NCBI GenBank assembly: GCA_035084275.1
Contig: CM068756.1
Span: 4,774,001-4,838,000, forward strand
From: Hydrolagus colliei
Taxonomy: Eukaryota
DNA: 64,000 nt
Direction of reading: 5' to 3'
Position 1 is the stretch's first letter; the number at the start of each line of letters is the position of its first letter. The translations under genes were made by a program, and so were the position numbers. The notes under the pieces are model-generated. The model saw only the letters and a program-made list of their open reading frames with translations. It was not told the DNA's origin and searched no databases. This document shows positions 22,871 through 34,538 of the stretch, one piece after another.

Positions 22871-25003
22871 ATGAGCACAGAATATAGCAGAGTCACTGCT
22901 ATTTAAGTTTAGAAATTAAAGAAACAATGTGCAGGTGCTTCTATTCAGGTTCAAAAGAATACTGTATGACACAGGATGCGCTTCAGAATCCTTTTATCTG
23001 CAGAGCAACAATTGTGCCTGTGTCTGAGAGTATTAATAATAACGAACCATCTGGTTTCCTTACTTTAAAACCAAGACTAAATAGTTGAATATATATGTGT
23101 GATTTATGCTTCTCTTATGGAATTGCATATGGCAAACAGATGGGGGCATTATACACCAAACCAACTAAAAAATGAAGTGTGTTTTTCTTATGTCACAACT
23201 GTGTATTTTCCAACTTTTGCTCACAGTTACAGAATTTGAAGTGAAAAAAGGCCATCTTCAAACAGATTACAAATGTGATGAGAGATAAATATATATTTTA
23301 AAATCCCCTGCGTACATTAATTATGGTTTCTCTTCCTTTTACTCCCCTAAGATTACCATAATTCTGGATAAATGTAATATTTAGAACCTAAGAATCGTTT
23401 GGGGCAGAACAAAAAACTTACATCCGAAGTCACCCCTGATTAGATTATCAGCCTCACTCTCCTGACTTCTCGTTGTACTTCTGAAGCCCTTTATCTCTTC
23501 AGAGAAGCACACACTTCCTCCTTCTTGAACTCATTTATTGGTCTTCCATGCCTTCCATGAGTCCATTAATTTCCTCACACGGAAGACAGTAAATGGACTT
23601 TTCCCAAACAGGAATACCTCACTCCCTGTAGTACAATAGCTAATCCAATTATTCCCAAAACGTTTGCAGGTTGTTTGAAACTTTGCTGAAGTCAACCTCC
23701 TGTTGCGGTGTGTTGGAAGTTTGCCTTTAAAATCAATTTTCTAGAAAAGATATTCAAATGGCATTCATATCACTGCAAGTGATGCTCACAGGGTATGATG
23801 AGGACCAGAATGTCAGATGCACAAAGGAGACCATAACTGGTGTAATAGACGAGCGAATTGGCAACAAATTGCAGAAGTCACTGTGCACCATTCAAATCAG
23901 TTCAAAAGCATCAGTGGATCACTCAAACCCACCTCTGAACACTATGTTTATTCACAGCTAATAATTTCTAAACATTATCAGTAAGATAGGGAAAATGCAT
24001 ATCCCAGTCCCCAAAACATTAAACGTTTCTTGTGACCATTCTCCTGCATCTTTGTCTATGACTCAGATGCAGTCAATTTTTTCAACTAATTTGAGCGTCC
24101 AAAGGCCTGAAGATCGCTGGTTATATAGATGGTATCAAAATAAACTAAGTGATCAAAAGTAAAGTGCAAAATCAATTCAGATTTGTCATGATATTAAAAA
24201 TGCAGGATTCAGAAAGGTAGTGTTTTCTTGTGCACCTTGTTGGAAAATGTATCTAGATCTTCTGTGTCAGAACATTTAATCCAGATGTCTATTTGGTTCT
24301 ACAAGCAAAAGGTTGCAGAATACTCATGCAGCAAAAAAACAAGGTATAATTTCCCGTCACTGGGAAAACCCCTCGATCTCAGTGAATATTTTCTAGAGAA
24401 CTATTTGACTCCAAAGAGTTACAAAGGGTTAAGGTTCTTTCCAACTGTGATTGCTCTTGGCATCATTCTCTCAGAATGCAGGATCGGTTCGGAAACTGAA
24501 ATAGAACCAGATCAGCTAATTAAAAAAGTGCTTGCCAGTTCTTGCTGAAATGGTTGGAATTTTAACCCTCACCGTTGCTGTCGGTGACTTCCTGACATTC
24601 CAGCCATTCTTGTGTGTGTGCAGCACTGTGCAAAGCCACCAGGAGGCATTTGTTATCTACTTCATAGAGAGCCAAACAGGGGCATTCTTCACCGTTCACG
24701 TTGCTCTTCCCCTATAGGGAGTACAGCACAGTCAATGAACTAAATTAAACCACGAATGTTGGGATGGGAATTTATTCTTGTGATCCTTCTACAATCTGAC
24801 TTGCTGACTGTACACATCCCACCACAGGGAGGCGAAGAGAAGAGGCAGGTATTGCATTTCAGCCAAAGAGAGTTATTCCAGACTGATTGGTCTTAAGAGT
24901 ATCATTAATACAAGCAAGTAGTCTCTCGGCTCCCTTGGCTATGATGTTTGGTGCAGCTAAACATGGAATCAGGTCTCTGTACTGTAGATATACTAACATT
25001 GTT

Positions 25004-25221
25004 ACAGAAACAGAAATCGTTGAGAACACTCAGCAGGTCAGGCACCATATATGGAAAAAGCAAAAGTTAGTCAATGTTTCGGGTCCACGACCCTTCGCCA
25101 GTTCTGGCAAAGGGTCATGGACCTGAAACGTTGACTCACTTTCTTTTCTCCATAGAGGCTAATGAGTGTTCCCAGCTAGTTCTGTTTTTTGTTTCAGACT
25201 TCCTGCATCTGCAGTATTTTT
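25004..25221. mobile_element. Palindromic Penelope-like element end (inverted pLTR-like fragments) with two degenerate minimal hammerhead motifs
   Basis: Arms centred on a 2-nt spacer (25102-25103) are reverse complements; each arm matches the 3' end of the PLE at 44794-44895. Confidence 0.85.
25100..25136 (+). ncRNA. Degenerate minimal type I hammerhead ribozyme motif
   Basis: AGTT-CTGGCAA-A-GGGTC atg GACCT-GAAA-CGTT-GACT: stem I AGUU/GACU, stem II GGGUC/GACCU, palindromic AACGUU stem III, NUH = GUU; core CUGANGA is mutated to CUGGCAA. Confidence 0.55.
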
Positions 25222-25464
25222 GTGTTTGGTTTATCTTAACATTGTTTTTGGTCCAGCTAATAAAAGATGCCACAATAAATGTCTTAATTTTCCTCACCTC
25301 CTATTCTTTCCTGGGCTACTGAAGGCAGCATTTTGCAAATGCTTCTTTACGTCAGCTTGGCTCAGTTGGTAGCAATTTTTGATGGGTTTCTCTCCTATAT
25401 CATGTCCTAGTTGGATTCAAGCTCAAAGTTCATGCAAACAATGGTCCAATACTGGATGATGTAT

Positions 25465-25695
25465 AACAACAATAATCCTTGCATTTAAAATACAATAAGA
25501 AGCATTTAAAGTGTCCTTAACATGGATCAGAGCGCTTACACGAGGCAGTCTGACAACAAGACGAGGGAGGGGGAGGTGACCGTAAGCATAAGGGATATAG
25601 CACCTTTAGGCGGGATATAGCACCTTATCACATTGTCGAGATATCTCAAATAGCTTCACAGAATATACTGTAAATGAATTGACTGTATATTTTGT
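25465..25695 (-). mobile_element. Composite of L2-type tail/UTR fragment and SINE tail fragment
   Basis: aataatccttgcattt...cagagcgcttacac...gggagggggaggtgac, then gatatagcaccttatcaca...gcttcacagaatatactgtaa; 15-bp direct repeat at the junction. Confidence 0.65.
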
Positions 25696-27762
25696 CAATT
25701 TGAGGAAGAACAAAAAAAACATGATTTCCTTTAAAGTTAGAAAATAGTTCAAGAATAGACAGGGACAAATAGAATAGATAAAACATCCAGCATACATTCT
25801 AAATCGTGAAAAAGACAGAGGGAATATGAATGAGTTTTTTTTAATTTAACACTGTATTTTTGGTATTTATTTTACTGGATTACAGTGAATATAGTTATTG
25901 AGTTATTGCGTGATATTTAAGTACCTTTATTACTGCAATATCAGATTCGTAGAGCATCTGCTGAAAATGCACAAAATGAGTCAGCCTGCAGAGAGGTAGG
26001 TATCTGGGGTCTGAAGTGTGAATAATTAGTATTTTTGATTACTTTTTAAACTCCTGCACTCCATTTTAATACCGATTGCAGTCATGCACCAGATGGTTTA
26101 TTTTGAGCCAGAATACTGCTTTATATCAACACGTGCCACCTCTTTAAAAATTAATGTATAATATGACCACAATCACCCTCAAGCACTCAAGCAGCCATTT
26201 CACCAACAGGGAGAAACAATTACACGCAACGCAAACCAGTTACCTTTCTCCTTTATTAATATAATTGCCAATGTTTTGCACAAACACGTGCATGCACATA
26301 CGTGGACCATATGCGATTTGGTGGCGTAATGCCAGCGAAAGCTGATTCAAAACCATTATTTGCATGGTGAAGGAAATAATGATGTAACAGACATTCACAC
26401 TGCTACTCCCAATAATATGCCCTCTCCCTCCCCAGTGCCCAACACTGCAGTGTTGATTTGTAAAAAATCAGGGCTATTACACAATTGTATCAGTAACCAG
26501 TGCAAACCAGTCAACCCCCCAAATTCTTAGAAAACGTCAAACACACGGTTGCAATATTTTGCTGTGCAGGATTAGTAACCAAAGCCTATCATTGGATTTT
26601 CATTCTAATCCAAAAAGTCTGAAGCAGTATGAATATTCATCTCCCCCGGGAACCGCTGCAGTGAGTGAAGTGAGGAGCAGTGCAGTGTGTCTCGATGCTA
26701 AATCTCTGACCGAGACCCTTGCAGAATGGGATTCAGGCGTTTAAGGATATCTGCAAGCGTCTTAAGTGAAAAGGGATTAAAATAAATAGGACCGCGATTT
26801 TTTATGGTTTTTTTTGCACACATTCTATTTCACTGCCTAGCGAGCATAAATCCAAGATGGAAATGGTATCAGACTGCAAATATTCAATTTGCCAGAAGCT
26901 TGAGTAAAGCTAGTAGGGGAATCCCGAGCTCAGTAACTATTCAACTACCCCTGGAGAAAAAAACAACATTCTCCTTCTGACTCACACTTAGAACTTTCAC
27001 CCTCAAGTACAAATGTATTTGAACAGTGGGTGGACAAAAACAGACCATCACAAAGCCATCTCGCAAACAAAATAGTCAATGACAACAATGTCACTACCTA
27101 ACAGAATCTGAAGTAGCACCATGTTAAGCATTGTTGCACAGAGAACAAAAAGACCCAGTTTTCTGTTTTATTTTGTAACCTTACAAAACCGTCCATGTTA
27201 AAAACAAATTCTGGCAGAGCAGCACTTGGAAAAAATGGCTATATATTACATACATAGAGAAAGAATCCAAACTGGCAGATATGATCCCAAAACAGACATA
27301 TGAGATCCCATTAAACATGTAAATTATTAGCCTTCATTTCTTTCTGTGCATTTAAAACAAGATGGGACATCACCTCATATGAGTAATCCTGGCTTCAGCT
27401 AACATCATGAAAAAGTTCCCCTGTGGAATGACTGCCTTTCTTACCATGCAGAATGCATCTGCTGCTCCACTCAATGGATCTAATTTGCTGGGATTTCAGT
27501 TTTAAGAATTACTCAACACACTTGAAGATGTCCCCAGTTTCCTGGAGGGCAGCATCAAGACAGAAAATGAGGAGAATTCTGACAGGCAATACCAAGAGCT
27601 GTCAACAAACTTCAGTGGCCAGAGAGCTGTGGTCAACTAACAAAGTACACAATGTACAGTTGAAAATAGCTGATTCTACAAAAGAATTTCTGCTTTCCTT
27701 TAAGGTATGCAATTAAACCAAGTTCCCTTCCAGCTCCACCAATAATGGTTGTAATTCCTTCC

Positions 27763-27945
27763 AATAATAATAATAAATTGGTCACTCAATCCACGACTAT
27801 TTGTGGGACACTTCTGTGCGCAATTGACTGCTGTATTTCGCCAAGAAAATATAGTCAAGTTACTTTACAGTATATTCTGTGAAGAGCTCTGAGACATCTC
27901 AAAGATATAAGATTCTATATCAAACGCAAGGATTATAATTCTTAT
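27763..27945 (+). mobile_element. SINE body and tail fragment
   Basis: caatccacgactatttgtgggacacttctgtgcgcaattg...atcaaacgcaaggattat. Confidence 0.85.
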
Positions 27946-28347
27946 TAAATTTCCTAATTGGAGAACATTTATCTTCAGATTTTTATTTGATTCCGCCTGT
28001 GTAACCTCTGATCAAAAATATGATATAGCCAGTGTGATGCAAGGACACATTTTCAGTAATAAGGAACATGTTACTGCATTGCCTTGTTGAGAGAAATTTA
28101 CTGCTCAGCTTGGAACTTCCTGAATTTCTACTTAAACTGTGCAACCGTCCACTTTAAATCTCCCCACTTTAAGTAGAGTTATTACTGGCTTGTAAATTTT
28201 CACTAGGCTCCTTCTACCTCTTCTTCCTGAAGCCTTCAACATTGTGTGTGTCGTTTCCCCCACCACCACTATTTATGTTGGTGCTTCTGAAGCATTGTAG
28301 TTGTGACACACCTCCTCCAGACATGAAAAGATCACAATGCAAACATT

Positions 28348-28400
28348 TACACACACATACACACGCACAGAGGCACACACACGCACACACTGACACACAA
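28348..28400 (+). repeat. Imperfect (CA)n microsatellite
   Basis: acacacacatacacacgcacagaggcacacacacgcacacac. Confidence 0.85.
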
Positions 28401-28550
28401 AAAGAAAAACACAGTTTTTGTATTATTGTAAGGTAGATGCTAAAACAACCTTGACTTAGATAAATGCCTCGAACAGCTGTGTCACACAAGGTTCCCGAAT
28501 TCCAGCATTCCACAGCAGAAACCCAAAGGATTTATTAACAAATCCCTCAC

Positions 28551-28680
28551 CTTATTCTTCCTTCCACTTCAAATGTGCTGCAGTCCTGACAGCCCCAGCC
28601 TATTGCTTGCAAGTCTTCCTGCCGCACAGCTTTTCACTTCTGGTACATTCATTAAAATCCAGTTATGCACCGGGGAGGAA
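28551..28680 (-). other. Candidate non-coding exon (130 nt)
   Basis: Acceptor gctttttctatag| and donor AAG|gtgagg; all three frames closed. Confidence 0.3.
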
Positions 28681-29589
28681 CTATAGAAAAAGCTGATCAG
28701 AGATTCCTATCGTTTTCTTTCATTAAAACACAGTGGAAGGTTGGGGAGACCTCGAAGAGTTTTTCAGTGAGTCAGAGCTAGGTTGACTGCAGGCAACACC
28801 TGCCAAGATGTTACTGGGGGTGCACAATATATTGTGTGAAGGAAGCATACAGAGGCTGTCTCTCGTCTGTAGATGACATCACCTCATTACTATCCCACTG
28901 ACAACACTGAATGCCTTTGACAGATTTTGTGGCTTTGCACAGAAAACAGCGACGGGTGATTTTTTTTCAATACAGTGTGTTTTTTTCTAAAGTGGCAATT
29001 CAGGACTATTAAAAACAAGGTTAGCTTGAAACAAGGCAACACTGAAAGGTTTGTACAAATAGTTTTCTTTGGATTAAAATAATTACATCCACAGTAAATC
29101 AGTCTCTTCAGATTGAATGCAGGAAAAGGATAACTGAGGAATTACCATAGTCGAAACCAGCAATTCTATTACTGCACCAACTAACTGCTGACATGGCTCA
29201 CCCAAACTATAATTTACAATTGTTTATCCTTTACAGATTTCTACAATTTGTTCCAAAACGCACAACGATCCTTTGAAGTTCTGTACAATCCCGGAGCAGG
29301 GTGTATCCCGGCAACTTTAGCGAGGAGAGTTTTGTTTACCCGTGTAAATGCCATTTGACTTGATTACAATTGATCGTAAGCAACACCTTATAAAAAGTGT
29401 GACTTTAACCGAAATAGGGACGGAATCTGTCAGTTAGAAATAGCTTCAGAAATGAGCACTAAAATTTTCATGAGTAAACACTCAGTCTGTACTCCTGATG
29501 CTCTTGTTAAGATGGTCAATGGCACAATCTTTAATGGTTGAGTGGTGAGTTGACCTGATTATACTTGAATGTTGAGTTTAGCATGTATC

Positions 29590-29695
29590 TATTTTTCACA
29601 CAAAGGGTAGTGGAAATCTGGAAGTCTCTCTCCCAAAAGGCTTTGCGATGCTGGATGAATTCAAATTTTCAAGACAGAGATAGATAGATTTGTTT
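29590..29695 (+). mobile_element. CR1 LINE fragment, 5' part, interrupted by L2
   Basis: tttttcacacaaagggtagtggaaatctggaagtctctc reads FFTQRVVEIWKSL, the CR1 ORF2 C-terminal motif, then ttcaagacagagatagatagattt. Confidence 0.85.
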
Positions 29696-29699
29696 CATT

Positions 29700-30240
29700 A
29701 ACAACAACTTGGATTTATATAGCGCCCTCCATGACAGATGGCATCTCAGAGCACTTCACAATAACGGATCCTGGGGCCGAGCCAGGGAGAGGAAGAAAAT
29801 GGTGACTAAAAGCGCAGTCGAAAAGTAAAGTCTTCAGGCGCAACCTGAAAATAGGAAAGGAGGGGGCAAAGCAAAGGAAGTGAGGAAGGGAGTTCCAGAG
29901 CCTCGGGGCTTAGTGGCTGAAGGCACGGCCACCAATGGTGGAACTGAGGATTCGGGGGACAAGGAAGAGACCAGACCCGGTGGAGCGAAGGCAATGGGTA
30001 CTGTTGTGAGGAAAGAGGAGGGCAGAGAGGCAAAGATGGCAGAATTTTGAATAACCTGGATATTATGAATGGTGGCGGAGGGGAGACCAGCGAGGAGGGC
30101 ATTGGAATAGTCAAGCCAAGAGGTGACAAAGGTATGGACCAGGGTTTCTGCAGCTTTTGGGGTGAGATATTGGCGGAGACAGGCAATGTCTCGGAGATGG
30201 AAGAAAGCGGTGCTGGTTAAGGACTGGATGTGGGGGAGGA
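29700..30240 (-). mobile_element. L2 LINE 3' ~540 bp with an internal deletion
   Basis: Minus strand reads PHIQSLTSTAFFHLRDIACLRQYLTPKAAETLVHTFVTSWLDYSNALLAGLP...IQVIQNSA, a classic L2 ORF2 segment; (GTT)n tail at 29700. Confidence 0.92.
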
Positions 30241-30266
30241 AAGATAATTGGGGGTAATAATTTTAT

Positions 30267-30320
30267 TAACAACAACAACTTTGATTTATATAGCGCCCTC
30301 CACGCCGGACGGCGTCTCAT
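30267..30320 (-). mobile_element. L2 tail-only fragment
   Basis: aacaacaacaactttgatttatatagcgccctccacgccggacggcgtctca repeats the tail at 29700-29750. Confidence 0.75.
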
Positions 30321-30329
30321 TTATGAAAT

Positions 30330-30455
30330 AAGTGTACCAAGCGACATGAGGCAAAGGTAGGTAATTGGAGATGAGGTACAGATCAACCATGATCCAATAG
30401 AATGGCAGAACAGGCTTGAGAAGCTAAATGGCCTGCTCCTGGTCCTACATTCCTA
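30330..30455 (+). mobile_element. CR1 LINE 3' end (continuation of 29590-29695)
   Basis: gaggtacagatcaaccatgatc...gaatggcagaacaggcttgag...aatggcctgctcctg..cctacattcctat. Confidence 0.8.
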
Positions 30456-30669
30456 TCTTCCAAAATTTCCCCTCCCACCACTACCAGCTTCTGTTGGGAG
30501 CGAGGAAATGGCACTGACACCCAGATAAAGATGATCTGTTACTGATTCCAAAAACTTGATCTCAATGTCCTTTACCTTTTGGAAGGCAGAGAAATAGTCC
30601 AAACAAGAGCTAATCTGATCCCCACTGTGATTAACATAAGGAAAGATTGTGACTATGTCAGGACCTCAC

Positions 30670-30707
30670 CTTGCTGCAAGATACATTTGTCCCTTTTTCC
30701 TTTGAAT
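30670..30707 (-). other. Candidate 38-nt exon
   Basis: Long polypyrimidine tract tttcattttgtttttgttgctttctacttcatttag| and donor AAG|gtgagg; all frames open (e.g. IQRKKGQMYLAA) but no peptide recognised. Confidence 0.35.
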
Positions 30708-31264
30708 CTAAATGAAGTAGAAAGCAACAAAAACAAAATGAAATTCATGTTTGAGCCTGCTAAATACCAGCAACATTATAGAAAAGTGTTCAACATGGAA
30801 TACTTGTCTAACAGTTATATGAGTCAGCTCAGTAGCATGCGAGGGAAGGGAAAGAGTGCACTGACTTCAGATGGAAAAAAAGATGGACCTGCCAGGTTTT
30901 TCCAAGCTTGTTTACCCTCTATTTGTAGTGCAAATCCGTTTAAGATGTGATAAGGTGTGATATCAAATGCAAGGATTATTATTATTATGAGTATAATCGT
31001 ATCTTGCCATAACAATAAAAGCATGGCTGGATCTTGAATAAAAAAGATCATTCAGTGCATCAAGCTTTTTCGTCTACATTCTATTTAAACCCTGTCCATC
31101 ATAGGCTTCATCCACCTAATTAATCTCCCAACACCAATAGATCCAGCAAAACAATTGAATACTAACTGGTCCCCTATACTGCATGGGTCAGGACGGGAAA
31201 CTAATAAGGCCTCGGTTACGAGGATTCTTTGAAATTTAATGTCACAATGTTCCATGGCAGTATT

Positions 31265-31645
31265 TCATTTAAAGTATTTATTTAAAGCCCTCCACAATCT
31301 CGCCCCACCCTACATCTGTAACCTCCTATCCCCTTACCTCCATTCAGCAGGCTCTGGCCTGCTCCATGTCCCTTGACCCACCCGTCCAATCATTGGCGGG
31401 CGAGCCTTCAGCCACTCTGCCCCCAACCTCTGGAACTCCATCCCAAAGTCCCTCTGTCTCGCCCCCTCCCTAGCCTCCTTCAAGTCTCGCCTCAAGACTC
31501 TCCTCTTCGATGGACCCATCAGCAACTCCTTCCCCCCCCCCCCCCCCCCCGTCCTCAGCTCGGGTCTGAATTAATAACTGTCCAGCACCATGGGACGTCC
31601 TCCTGACATGGAAGGCACTGTACAAATACAATTTTGTTGTTGTTC
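31265..31645 (+). mobile_element. L2 LINE 3' end with an 18-nt poly-C run in the 3' UTR
   Basis: FKALHNLAPPY...IGGRAFSHSAPNLWNSIPKSLCLAPSLASFKSRLKTLLF, then stem-loop and (GTT)n. Confidence 0.92.
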
Positions 31646-32569
31646 ATTGATTATTTGGCTGATATGGGTTGTTTGCTGCTGATTTCCCAGGTAAACTTTT
31701 CTTATTTTATTTTTTATCTTCTGCTGGAGGATTTGGGTCCATGGTATTCATTGTATCAACCTGAGATGACCTGAATGGAATCCAAACCTACTGAACCTAC
31801 CTAAGTCCAGGACCGATAGACTGAGCTATTCGGGAGGTCTGGTCAGTGGCTCATGTGCTGTAAATCACTAACCATAATAAGAAGCAGCCAAATATAGACC
31901 TGTGTCCAAATCTAATATTTTTTCTCCTGCATAAACAAACCACATTTTCATATGTATAAACATTTGATGGGATTCATTTGGAAACTTTACGTTTTGCTGT
32001 TGCATTTCCCAAAGAGATGGGGAACTCCCGCTGAAACTGTGTTTGCACCTCAGGACTGAACACTGCATTGCATTCAAGAAGTTTATTAATCGAGGCCATG
32101 GTGACCTTTCTATAGTGTTGCAGACATCATAAAAATACCCTCCTATGATTTCTGCCTTACACTCATACAATGGAATGTGGATCCCATTCTAGTGGCCCAC
32201 CTGTAATCAGCTCTGATCTTTTCCTGGGCAGAATCTTGTAATATTATGTTTACTTTGTGTGCATGAAATTATATGGAAAAAAACCTGAACACACTGAGGG
32301 AGCAATTTGCTAAGCAAAGTAGGGTCAGCCAGCTCTAATTAATCTCCCATTGAATTGAACTCAACAGAAAAATGTTCTTTAATTCAGGATAATTGGCACG
32401 AGTGTTACAAAGCCAGAAATTAAATATTATTAATTGTGTTGAACGGAAACACTGCATCAATACTGGGGTGGAGTGGGGATGCTGGAGGTAATAGTTCATT
32501 CCCAATCGTATGATATGGCACATGTTAAGTATTCTCACCAGTATTGCAATGCTGCCTCTGGCTTCTCCC

Positions 32570-32985
32570 TTCCAACACAGCTGGTTTTCACACTGTGACA
32601 TTCTCACCTCTTCATACCCCAGTACATCAAGTTCAAGATCTTTGTTCTCAGCAATAAATCCTTCCACGGCTTCGCTGCACCGTACTTCCTTTCAACTATG
32701 TCAACCTGGCCACTTCCTTCACTCAGCAAACACCATGTCCCCCTGCAAGTGGACAATAAACCATTCTGCCCCCGTTCTCTGGAACTCCAACCCAGAGTCC
32801 CTCTGACTCGCTACCTCTATTTCCTCCTTCAAGATATATTCTCAAAGCATACCTCCTCTACTGTGCTTTCGATCATCTTTCTCCTCCCGCCTCCCTTGAC
32901 TCCCACCTCCACTGTAAAAGTGTTTGGAGTGTACTCCTAACATGAAGGGTGCTACATCAATTTAAATTGTATTGTATTATTGTTA
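32570..32985 (+). mobile_element. Older L2 3' end
   Basis: HSAPVLWNSNP motif, catcaagttcaagatc...aaatccttccacggc, decayed tail tttggagtgtactcctaacatgaagggtgcta. Confidence 0.75.
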
Positions 32986-34028
32986 AATACAAAAAAAAAG
33001 CACCATCGATATAATGAACACCAGCCTGAAAACACAGAAGACTACCTTTAAATTATGATAATTTATTATTCATATATGTTTGGTGTAAAGTAAATGGAAA
33101 AAATGAAGTAAAAACAACAAATAATGGAAACAAAATACTATTCAATGAATTCCAATAAATCCTGCTGTTGAGCTTAGATTTTTGTGGCCAAAATGTTAGG
33201 GCTACTACTCTGATGGTCCTCAGAATGAAATGGGAGTTAGGTCATTTTTGTTAAGTAAGTGTATCAAGATATTTTGCCACAGTGCACTGAACATGAACAA
33301 CCAGTGTCCTGATGGTGGTGACTGAGTGAAGAGTGCGCCAATGCTTTGGACAAAAGAACAGGAGGAAAAACTAAGCAGGAAAAATAACTGGCTAGCCTTC
33401 TGGTCTGATGGAGATGGACGAATAGTCAGGAATGAGAGTGGAAAAATAGACATAATAGACTTTCCAACATTACAGAAGCTAGTGTAAATTTCTGAAGCCA
33501 AAAGCCAAAGTAGTTACAAAAAGAACTGTAGAGGAATTGATGTTAACACTCTCTGTGGTAATCTTTTCTCCGGTTACTTGAAGCTGATCCCGATCACAAT
33601 TTTATAAATCTAGTTTATAAAGACTAAAGTGCTATAGATCCATGAAGGAAGCACCCATAAAGTCTATGAAATTAGACTGCAGGTTAATGTGCTCAAACAA
33701 CTTTGTTGTCCATTTCACCCAGGGCAGAACACAGGTACAAACACATTGGCTTAGCTTTAACAGAACCATGGTTGAGCATTACACATTAAAATAAAAGTGT
33801 TTACCACTTATTTTGTATAAATATCCAAATCCATTATTGCAATCGTCAAATGTACAGCTCAGACTATGTTGACCACCAGCAAATTGGGTGTATTTACATC
33901 TCTGAGACATCGCTACTCCCTACTTTATCAAGGCTCTGTACAACATCAGCTGCCCAGGTGTGAAACGATTTTCAGCTCATGTAAGTCGCGTAACTTTCTT
34001 TGTTCAAGGAGCCAGTGTCAGATTCAAC

Positions 34029-34063
34029 ATTCGTCACATATCACCAATTATCCCTCATGCAAG
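34029..34063 (+). repeat. 35-bp perfect dispersed duplication, copy 1 (copy 2 at 35484-35518)
   Basis: attcgtcacatatcaccaattatccctcatgcaag is identical at both sites. Confidence 0.95.
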
Positions 34064-34538
34064 TTTAAAGTCTTTACATTCCTGTCTCATTCACCTAATC
34101 AGAAAAACACATCAGTGCTCATTGAAACAAGCAACACCTTCTGCAATTATCTTTGCCTGTTTCCCTTCTTGAAACTATGTGGTCACGAGTCTAATAAACT
34201 ATGGCTGAATAAACATATGTGGGAGCGAGGGAAGAGGGGGATTCTCCTACTCAAAGACTAGACCAGTTGGAGTAAATACAATGTTTATAATAAATAGCCG
34301 CAGAATACACAGTGAATTGAAATTTGATTATACAGTGAAGTGTGACATGAGGAACCACATTAAGTTGTTGTCATTGTGACCCAAACTGAGCTGAATGTTT
34401 AAACAAGGAATATCAATAGAAATCTTATGACTTCATAGCAATTAAAATCCAAGTTTGTAGTGGTGATGAGAAACATACAATACTTTTAAGTTTTTACATT
34501 TTCCTTTTCCACACTAGATGCAGCAGTGTATAGTTGAG

